From Elusimicrobiota bacterium (GTDB taxonomy: Bacteria; Elusimicrobiota; Elusimicrobia; FEN-1173), in assembly GCA_041917295.1 (NCBI GenBank), contig JAYRXX010000025.1, positions 51,275 to 115,274 of the forward strand: a stretch of 64,000 nucleotides of DNA. The letters run 5' to 3'. The notes under the pieces were generated by a model. That model had not been told where the DNA came from. It did not search any database and saw nothing but the letters and a program-made list of their open reading frames with translations. The position numbers were made by a program, and so were the translations under genes. Positions 28,545-37,000 of the stretch are shown here, piece after piece; within the stretch, counting starts at the first letter, position 1, and the number at the start of each line of letters is the position of its first letter.

Positions 28545-29576
28545 ATGACCTTTAAAAATAAAATCGTTGTGTCCATGATTTGCTTGGCCTTGGGTGGGAT
28601 GTTCCTGGCCTGCGGAAAGGATGTCTCTGTCGTTGAAGCCAAGCAGGTGCTTTACCACTGCCCCATGCATCCCCGCTACACGTCCGATAAGCCCGGGGAA
28701 TGTCCCATTTGCCATATGGATCTGGTGTTGGTGGAAACCGGCCCGAAAACGGTCGACGAACCGTCCGGGGATCGGGTGATGGTGAACGTCCCCGCGGACA
28801 AGGAACAATGGATCGGTGTTCGGACCGCCGTTGTTGTTTCAAAGAACCTCGAAAAAAAGGTCCGTGCCGCCGCCACGGTGGCGTATGATCCGGACCTAAA
28901 CACCGTGTTCGCGGAACACCGGGAACTGTTGGCCGCCCGGGACCGGGCCGCCAAAATCGGCGACGCCGAGGCGTTGGCCCGGGCCAACGCCATGGTCAAG
29001 GCCTCGCAAATTCGGTTGGCTCAGCAGGGGCTGTCCGACGATCAAATCAACCGATCTTTGCTCCAGGGGGGCGGGATTGTAAAGGCCAAAGGAAAGGGCA
29101 CCGGGCAGTGGGTTTATGTTCAGGTGTATGAAAACGAAGCGGATTTAATTCAGCCTGGCCAGAAAGTAGAACTCACTTCGCCCGCCTTGGCGGCGCCGCT
29201 GGAAGCAACGGTGGAATCGGTGGATCGGATCGTGGACGCCGAAAGTAGGACCGTGCGGGTCCGTGTGTCTGTTCCAGGGGAGGCCCGGTGGGCCCGCATG
29301 TATTTGGAAGCGGCGATTCGGGTTCCCTTGGGCGACCTGCTGGCGGTGCCCAAGGAGGCGGTGATCGACACGGGGTTAAGACGGCTGGTATACGTTCAAA
29401 CCCAGCCAGGCCACTACGCCCCGCAAGAGGTCGTGGTGGGCCGGGAAACCGACGAGGATTACGAGGTCCTGGACGGCCTCATGGAAGACGACGTGGTGGC
29501 GGCGTCAGGGCAATTTCTGATTGATTCGGAATCCCGTTTGCGGGCGGTGGTTGCGGAGGCCGGCCATGCTCACTGA
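28545..29576 (+). CDS. Efflux RND periplasmic adaptor (CusB-like) with an N-terminal heavy-metal-binding domain
   Basis: YHCPMHP...CPICHMDL metal-binding motif; HlyD-like barrel-sandwich regions; an AGGAG RBS lies upstream of the ATG giving MTFKNK. Confidence 0.85.
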   Translation: MTFKNKIVVSMICLALGGMFLACGKDVSVVEAKQVLYHCPMHPRYTSDKPGECPICHMDLVLVETGPKTVDEPSGDRVMVNVPADKEQWIGVRTAVVVSKNLEKKVRAAATVAYDPDLNTVFAEHRELLAARDRAAKIGDAEALARANAMVKASQIRLAQQGLSDDQINRSLLQGGGIVKAKGKGTGQWVYVQVYENEADLIQPGQKVELTSPALAAPLEATVESVDRIVDAESRTVRVRVSVPGEARWARMYLEAAIRVPLGDLLAVPKEAVIDTGLRRLVYVQTQPGHYAPQEVVVGRETDEDYEVLDGLMEDDVVAASGQFLIDSESRLRAVVAEAGHAH

Positions 29577-32500
29577 AAAAAAATCGGACCGCGAGGGCGT
29601 CGTCAGCCGAATCATCGGGTTCAGCGCCCACAACAAGTTTCTTGTTTTGTTCTTCACTTTTTTGGCGTGCGGCGCCGCCCTGTGGTGCATGAAACGGATC
29701 CCCCTCGACGCGTTGCCGGACCTATCGGAGACCCAGGTCATTGTCTATTCCAAATGGGATCGCAGTCCGGACATTATCGAAGACCAGGTCACGTATCCCA
29801 TTGTGTCGGCTCTCTTGGGATCGCCGAAGGTCAAGGCGGTTCGGGGTTTTTCGGACTTTGGTTTTTCGTATGTGTATGTGGTTTTCCAAGACGGAACGGA
29901 TTTGTATTGGGCCCGCAGTCGGGTGTTGGAATCCCTCTCCAAAATTCAGACCCAACTGCCTGCCGGAGTCAAAACCGAGTTGGGTCCCGACGCAACGGGG
30001 TTGGGGTGGGTGTTCCAATACGCCCTGGTGGACAAAACGGGCCGGCACGATTTGGCCCAGTTGCGATCGTTTCAGGATTGGACCCTTCGCTACTGGCTGC
30101 AATCGGTTCCTGGCGTGGCGGAGGTGGCGTCGGTGGGGGGATTTCAAAAACAGTATCAAGTAAACGTGAACCCCCACTCCCTGTCCGCCTACCGCGTGCC
30201 CTTGATGGACGTGGTTGAGGCTGTGCGCAAAGGCAACAACGACGTGGGTGCCCGGTTGGTGGAGTTGGCCGGAGCGGAATACATGGTCCGAGGCCGCGGA
30301 TACGCCAAGACGATTCAGGACATTGAAAACATCGCCGTCGGCCGCGCCCCCGATGGGACGCCCCTCCTGGTGAAAAACGTGGCCCGGGTTGTGGCGGGTC
30401 CCGACATCCGGCGCGGCGTGGCCGATTTGGACGGGTTGGGCGAAACCGTGGGCGGCATCGTGGTGATGCGCCAGGGTGAAAACGCCTTGAACGTGATCGA
30501 CCGGATCAAAGCGAAATTGGACGACCTTCGCCCGTCGTTGCCCGAGGGAATGGAGGTCGTGGTCACCTACGACCGGTCGGGCTTGATTCATCGGGCCATT
30601 CAGACCTTGACCCACGAACTGGTCGGCGCGTTGGTGGTGGTCAGCGCGGTCATCCTTCTTTTTATGTGGCACATCCCTTCGGCGTTGGTTCCCATCGTGA
30701 CGATTCCCGTCAGCGTTTTGCTGGCGTTTATCCCGCTCTATTTCTTTGGCGTTCCGATTAACTTGATGTCGTTGTCGGGGATCGCCATATCTATCGGGGT
30801 GTTGGTGGACGGAGCCATTGTGGAGGTGGAAAACGCCTACAAGCGATTGGAAGAGTGGCTGGCCGGCGGCCGGCAAGGCGATTTCCACGAAGTGCGACTG
30901 CGCGCCTTGAAAGAAGTGGGTCCGTCGGTGTTCTTCTCTTTGTTGGTGATCGCGGTGGCGTTTTTGCCCATTTTCACGTTGGTGGACCAAGAGGGGCGGC
31001 TGTTTAAACCCCTGGCCTATACGAAAAATCTTACGATGGTGTTGGCCGCCCTGTTGGCGATCACGTTGGACCCGGCCCTGCGGTTGCTGTTCGCCCGGAT
31101 GGACCCCTGGCGGTTTCGGCCGGCGGTCATCGCGCGGGTGTGGAACGCGTTCACGGTGGGGTCGTATTATTCCGAGGAAAAACATCCGGTGAGCCGTCGG
31201 CTGTTTGCGCTCTACGAGCCGGTGTGCCGCTGGACCTTGCGACACCCTAAAAAAATCGTCGCCGGGGCCGCTCTGATCCTGGCGGTGACGGTGCCCGTGT
31301 ATTTTCGGCTGGGCTCGGAGTTCATGCCGCCCTTAAATGAGGAAGCGTTGCTCTATATGCCCACCACCATGCCGGGCATTTCCGTGGGCGAGGCCCAACG
31401 TTTGTTGCAGGCCCAAGACAAAGTATTAAAACGGTTTCCCGAAGTGGACCGGGTGTTCGGCAAAGCGGGCCGGGCCGACACGGCCACGGACCCGGCCCCG
31501 TTTTCCATGATGGAAACAACCATCCTGTTGAAACCCCGGCATGAATGGAGAAGCCGCGAGCGGTTCTATTCGTCGTGGCCCAAAATGATGCAAGCGCCAC
31601 TAAGGTCCCTTTGGCCCGACCGGATCACGTCGGAAGAACTGGTGGCGAAACTGGACCAGGCGTTAAAATGGCCCGGCGTGGTGAACGCCTGGACCATGCC
31701 CATCAAGGCCCGCATCGATATGATGACCACGGGCGTACGCACGCCGGTGGGAATCAAAATATACGGGTCCGACTTGGCGGTGATTGAAAAGGTGGGTCTG
31801 GATCTGGAAAAAGCGCTGACCGCCGTGCCGGGAACCCGCAGTGTTTACGCCGAACGAACGGCGGGGGGCTATTTTCTGGACGTTACCCTCCGCCGTGACC
31901 GGTTGGCGCGCTATGGACTCTCTGTGGAAGAAGCCCAAATGGTTTTAATGAGCGCCGTGGGGGGAGAAAACGTGACCACCACCATCGAGGGTCGCGAACG
32001 CTATGGCGTGAACGTCCGATACGCCCGGGAGTTTCGAGACGATATTCCGAAACTTCAACGTGTGCTGGTCCCAACCATGACCGGCGCCCAGGTGCCCTTG
32101 GGACACCTGGCGGAATTTAAAACGGTGTCGGGCCCGTCCATGATTCGGGACGAAGACGGGCGGTTGGCCGGCTACGTGTTCGTGGACATTGACCACCGGG
32201 ACGTGGGCGGCTATGTGACCCAGGCGAAACGGTTGGTGGGCGAACAGGTCGTTCTTCCTCCGGGCGTGGCGTTGGTCTGGAGCGGTCAATACGAAAACAT
32301 GATTCGGGTTCGGGAACGCTTGAAAATAGTCGTGCCCGTTACGCTCGTTCTAATCTTTGTGCTCCTTTACATGAACACCGGGTCGGCCATGAAAACCTGG
32401 ATCGTTCTGTTGTCGGTACCGTTTTCCCTTGTGGGGGCGGTGTGGTTGCTGTGGGTGTTGGATTACAATATTTCCATTGCGGTCTGGGTGGGCATGATCG

Positions 32501-32835
32501 CTCTGTTGGGGTTGGACGCGGAAATGGGTGTTTTTATGCTGATGTACTTGGACCTTGCCACCGAGGACGCCAAACGGTCCGGCGTGTTAACGTGGGCGCG
32601 GTTGCAAGAGGCTGTCGTTCACGGCGCGGTTAAACGAATAAGGCCCAAATTGATGACCGTGTTGACGTCGATGATCGGCCTGTTGCCGATTTTGTGGTCG
32701 ACGGGGACCGGCGCCGATATGATGAAACGGGTGGCGGCGCCGTTGGTGGGCGGGTTGACGACCAGCTTTATTTTGGAGTTGTTGGTCTACCCCCCCCTCT
32801 ATCTGCTTTGGAAAAAGAAAGAAACGGAGGTGTAA
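29566..32835 (+). CDS. Heavy-metal efflux RND transporter (CusA/CzcA family)
   Basis: About 1090 aa with 12 TM helices and the RND signature regions, including the methionine-rich CusA-like region near TM4. Start MLTEKK overlaps the adaptor gene's stop. Confidence 0.9.
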   Translation: MLTEKKSDREGVVSRIIGFSAHNKFLVLFFTFLACGAALWCMKRIPLDALPDLSETQVIVYSKWDRSPDIIEDQVTYPIVSALLGSPKVKAVRGFSDFGFSYVYVVFQDGTDLYWARSRVLESLSKIQTQLPAGVKTELGPDATGLGWVFQYALVDKTGRHDLAQLRSFQDWTLRYWLQSVPGVAEVASVGGFQKQYQVNVNPHSLSAYRVPLMDVVEAVRKGNNDVGARLVELAGAEYMVRGRGYAKTIQDIENIAVGRAPDGTPLLVKNVARVVAGPDIRRGVADLDGLGETVGGIVVMRQGENALNVIDRIKAKLDDLRPSLPEGMEVVVTYDRSGLIHRAIQTLTHELVGALVVVSAVILLFMWHIPSALVPIVTIPVSVLLAFIPLYFFGVPINLMSLSGIAISIGVLVDGAIVEVENAYKRLEEWLAGGRQGDFHEVRLRALKEVGPSVFFSLLVIAVAFLPIFTLVDQEGRLFKPLAYTKNLTMVLAALLAITLDPALRLLFARMDPWRFRPAVIARVWNAFTVGSYYSEEKHPVSRRLFALYEPVCRWTLRHPKKIVAGAALILAVTVPVYFRLGSEFMPPLNEEALLYMPTTMPGISVGEAQRLLQAQDKVLKRFPEVDRVFGKAGRADTATDPAPFSMMETTILLKPRHEWRSRERFYSSWPKMMQAPLRSLWPDRITSEELVAKLDQALKWPGVVNAWTMPIKARIDMMTTGVRTPVGIKIYGSDLAVIEKVGLDLEKALTAVPGTRSVYAERTAGGYFLDVTLRRDRLARYGLSVEEAQMVLMSAVGGENVTTTIEGRERYGVNVRYAREFRDDIPKLQRVLVPTMTGAQVPLGHLAEFKTVSGPSMIRDEDGRLAGYVFVDIDHRDVGGYVTQAKRLVGEQVVLPPGVALVWSGQYENMIRVRERLKIVVPVTLVLIFVLLYMNTGSAMKTWIVLLSVPFSLVGAVWLLWVLDYNISIAVWVGMIALLGLDAEMGVFMLMYLDLATEDAKRSGVLTWARLQEAVVHGAVKRIRPKLMTVLTSMIGLLPILWSTGTGADMMKRVAAPLVGGLTTSFILELLVYPPLYLLWKKKETEV

Positions 32836-32836
32836 A

Positions 32837-33178
32837 ATGAAAAAATGGATGAGCGTCGGATGTCTTCTGTTGTTAGGCGGTTGGGCGCTGGCTTCCACCA
32901 CGAAACCGAATAAAGACGGAGACCCACTGTTGGTCCCCGGCTCCTATACGGCCACGGTCCCGGCGTTTGTGTGCGGAGGATGTCCCGAGTGGATCCAGAC
33001 AAAGCTGGGCGCGGTAAAATCCCTGAAAAACGTGACGGTCTATCCAGAAACCCGTCGGGTGACGTTTACGGTAAAAAAGGGCGCGAAGGTGAAACGTTCA
33101 GACATCCAGAACGTGCTGGACGCCGCTGCCCGAGAGATGGGCATGGGCGCTGATTACACGTTGCGAAATTTTAGATAG
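32837..33178 (+). CDS. Small periplasmic HMA-like metal-binding protein (copper-chaperone-like)
   Basis: Signal peptide and a CGGC motif in an HMA-like beta-alpha-beta context (VPAFVCGGCPEWIQTKL); immediately follows the RND pump gene. Confidence 0.55.
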   Translation: MKKWMSVGCLLLLGGWALASTTKPNKDGDPLLVPGSYTATVPAFVCGGCPEWIQTKLGAVKSLKNVTVYPETRRVTFTVKKGAKVKRSDIQNVLDAAAREMGMGADYTLRNFR

Positions 33179-33265
33179 GGGGGACTTGCGCAAAAGAGGT
33201 TCTGGGGTTAGGCTTGGGACGCGGGGGGGCACCCCCCTGCGATAACACCATGAGGAAGGTGGCCT

Positions 33266-34021
33266 TTGCCGACAAAAAACAAGAACCCTCTTCTGCGTTG
33301 GGGAAAAAATAAGGCGCTGTTCGGCGTGGCGTTATTTATTGGAACGTCTTACGCCCGGGCGGTGGATCGTTATGTTCTGGATGTGCCCGCGTTTGTTATG
33401 GCGGGGGATCCAGACGTTTCGTTTTCGGTGACACCTCTGTCGGACGGTGTCGAAGACCCATCGTCTCACACCGTTCGCTTTGTCGATTTGCCCGCTGGAG
33501 TGAGCGTGGAGGCAACGGGTCCTTCGGCTCAGTCCTCGGTTCCCCAAACTCGGTATGTCGTTCAAGGGCGCCAGGATTTTAAGCTGGCCATACCCCCGTC
33601 TGTCGTTGAACGACGGATCTGGATCAAGGTTCAAAACACCGCCAAGGCCCGAATTCAAGGGGCGGGTGTTGTGAACGTTGAACGGCCTGTGCATCGATTT
33701 TCCATCACCCCATTGGGCAACAGCGCGCCCCGGGCGGGCGTTCCGTATCCGTTTCAGATCATGGCTTTCGACGAGGCGGGCGCGGTGGTGAGGTCCTTTC
33801 GGGGACCTGTTTCCTTCGCTGTGGCCCGGGGACAAGTGAGTCCGGCCGACTTGGCGGGGGATGCGTTTAAGAACGGCGCCGCCTCTGTTTCCGTCGAAAT
33901 TAGTGACGGGAACCCTTATGAAGCCAACCGGTTTTCCGTGTCGGCCCAGGAATCCTACGGTTCTCCGTCTCCTGCCCAAGGGACGGTGGACGTCTTGGTT
34001 CTTCCCAAGGAAAGCCCGTGA
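33266..34021 (+). CDS. Hypothetical secreted protein whose N-terminal module is paralogous to the N-terminus of the downstream giant protein
   Basis: Signal peptide; AVDRYVLDVPAFVMAGDPDVSFSVTPL aligns with AFDSYRITVPTDVMKGDPDVVFQVTPL of the next gene. Confidence 0.5.
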   Translation: MPTKNKNPLLRWGKNKALFGVALFIGTSYARAVDRYVLDVPAFVMAGDPDVSFSVTPLSDGVEDPSSHTVRFVDLPAGVSVEATGPSAQSSVPQTRYVVQGRQDFKLAIPPSVVERRIWIKVQNTAKARIQGAGVVNVERPVHRFSITPLGNSAPRAGVPYPFQIMAFDEAGAVVRSFRGPVSFAVARGQVSPADLAGDAFKNGAASVSVEISDGNPYEANRFSVSAQESYGSPSPAQGTVDVLVLPKESP

Positions 34022-37000
34022 GGGGCCTAACGTTTATGGGGCGGATTGGCTTGGCGACGTTCTCTTTGTTCGCGGGAACGGTGTCGGCCCTGGCTTTTGA
34101 CTCGTACCGAATAACGGTGCCCACGGACGTCATGAAGGGCGACCCCGACGTTGTTTTTCAGGTCACACCTCTTCAGGGCGCTTTGCCCCAATATTCGCCC
34201 CATAATATTTACATTTCACTTCCGAGCGGAATATTGGAAAACCCCTTGGCCGATCCGCCGAACGGATTGGATAACACCTCCATTGTTAACTGGGGTTTGT
34301 TTGCCAACAACAGCTCCGTGGCGGGGAACACGCCTCTGACCGTGACGGAAGCGTTGGCCGCTTCCCCTGTCACGACCACGAAATATTTTAATCTTCAAAA
34401 TGTCGTGCGAAGTTTTGAAATCGTGCCTCCGGCATCTTTTACGGGGACGACGGGCACGCCGTTCCAAATCACCGTTCGGGCCAAAGATGGCTTGGCCGGC
34501 GCCGGCGCGGTGGTGACCGGATTTAATGATGATGTTCTTGTTTCCGCCTTAATCGGCGATGTGGTGGTTAACGGCGCCGGCAACCTTGTCAGTGGTTCGG
34601 ATTTTGTCAACGGCGAAGCGGTGGTTTCGGTGATGTTGCGGGGCACGGACCCTTCCACCCGGACCAACCGGATCACGGTGTCGGCCAGCAACAATTATTT
34701 TAGTCTGGGGGTCGCTACCGGCTATGTGGACGTGAACGTGAACCCGGGATCCTACGACCATTTGGTCATGCTTTTTCCGGGAGAAACGTTGGTCCCGGGC
34801 AACATTCTGATCACCAACGGAAAAACCGGTACCGCCACGGCGGCCACGGCGAACGTGGCGGTCAGTCAGGTGTCGGTGTATTTGGTGGACGCGTTTAACA
34901 ACCCCGTGTTGTCGGCGCCGGGGGGAGGTGTAACACTCGATTATTCCTCGCTCAGTCACCCAGCCACCGATACGGTGCCGGGGCCCCGGACCATTTCGGT
35001 GGGAAACAACGTGGATATCGTTAGCGGTGGATTCAGCTTTCAGGTGGGCAACGTGTCCCACCAGATTCGGGTGGCCGACCAGGCCGATGCCACCAAAAAC
35101 AGTGTCACCTCGATTTCCGTCAACAGCGGTGCCGCCAACTTGATTTCCGTCGGCACCGTGTCCACCCCACAGACGGCGGGGCAAACCTTTACCATCACCG
35201 CCCGGGTTGTGGACGGAACACCTTCCGCCAATACCGTTGTCAGTTATCCCAGTGGGCGGGCCGTCAACGTCACCTTGACCAATTGCGCTGGAAATGGACT
35301 GGGCGGGGGGTCGCTGGATACCAATCCGTCCTTGGCGGGGGTTCAAACCACGGTGAATTTTACCAACGGCGTTTTTACCGGCCCCATTGTTCTGTACCCT
35401 CGGGCGGTCACGGCTTGCGTCAAATTTGACGACGGTCTTGGGAATTTCGGGGAGTCCAACGGATTTGTTATCCAAAATGGCGACCAGTTTCGTCTTCACA
35501 TTGTCATGCCCGGTCAAGCGTTTACCCCGGGCCAGGCTCCCGGTAACGCACCCTCGTTACCCACCACCCAAACGGCGGGGGACATCATTACCGCAACCGT
35601 TTACGTTGTGGACCAAGCCTGGAATGTGGTGAACGTTACCGATGGCGGGTGGACGCCGGGCGCTGTTGTGATTAGTTTGGAAAACAGCGTGGGAACGCCC
35701 GGTTACGTGGATCTCACTGTGGCCAGTCCGGATATGCCGGCGTCGGGCAACAACGCGTCCGCCACGGGTGTGCGATTAAGAACGGCGTACCCCGCGGGGG
35801 ACGCCCGGTTGGTGGCCCGCATGTCTGGTTTGGAAGGGCGCAGTGATCCGTTCACCATCAATCCCTCCGCCTACACCCAATTGGTGTTTGTCGCACCCGG
35901 TGAAACGTTGGCCAGCGGTATTCAGTCCAGCGTCCAACCGGATGGAAAAACGGGATCGCCCACTGATCAGGCCGTGAACGCGAACATACCTGTGGCCGTC
36001 CATCTGACCGACGCTTATTTTAACACCATCATCAACCCGCCTTTGGCGGGGGGGACCTGGCCCTCTTTGACGTTTTCAACCACGGCGCCGGCAGGAGCCA
36101 CCGTGACGTATTCGTTCTCAAATCCGTTTCTCATGACGGATGGTTCTTTTGATAACCAGCTGGTGTTGGGGACCATTGGGGCCAACACGCTCCGCGTGGT
36201 GGATACGAGCCCCACGCCCAAATCCATCAATCAAACCATCAACGTGACCGCCGGAGAGGTCACTCGGTTTTTGGTGACGCCCAACGCGGCGTCCTCAACG
36301 CCGGATGCCATCGCCATTCAAACCGCGGGGGTACCGTTTAATCTGACCTTTAAGGCTTTTGACCAATACGACAACGAGGCGAAAAATTTTTCCGGCGACG
36401 TTTATTTGGAACTGTGGGATAATGGCGTTCCCTTGTCCTACGGAGGCACCATTTCGCCCAGTACGGTGACCTTTGTGGCCCATCCGGTAACCGGCGGCGT
36501 CGTGGCCAATGTCCCGGTGACAATCACCTACGCGGGACAGGCGTTGGGCAGTGGAGCCGACTTTCTCCGCGTGAGGGCCTACGTGAACACGCCCACCATG
36601 CGTGAAGGGTTTAGCGCGTTTTTTAATGTTCAGGAATTATTAACTTGGTCGGACATCGTCATCACTCGGCCCGGCGAAAGCCTTCGCCCGGGGTTGGGAC
36701 CTCCTTATAAAACAGGCACACCCACCTCTGTCCCCGCGGGGGACTCGTTCGAGGTCACGGTGACAGCCGTGGATAGTTACGGAAACAAAGTGAATCAAAG
36801 CGGCGTGGCCGAGCTCAGCATGGTAACCCCCGGCGTGTTTGCCAATTTGGGTACGCCCCCCCGATTAACGTTCACCGCTGGGACAGAATCGGGTTATGTC
36901 CAAGTGTATACGGCCGGATCCTCGGTGATCCAGTCTTCCGTGGCCGCCAACGGGTTTACCGATCGGTCCACCGGGACCATCACCGCCGGATCCTACGCCG

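Noticed and set aside
29722-31245. Long antisense ORFs inside strongly supported genes (for example 29722..31245 minus 507 aa in the RND pump; 57890..59365 minus 491 aa in pfp; 50489..51703 minus 404 aa in mgtA; 62253..63452 plus 399 aa in the RND fragment; 16518..17300 minus; 2365..3036 minus; 293..814 minus)
   Set aside because: Arg/Gly/Pro/His-rich low-complexity translations typical of non-coding frames in 62% GC DNA. Each lies entirely within a gene carrying unambiguous family motifs on the other strand.
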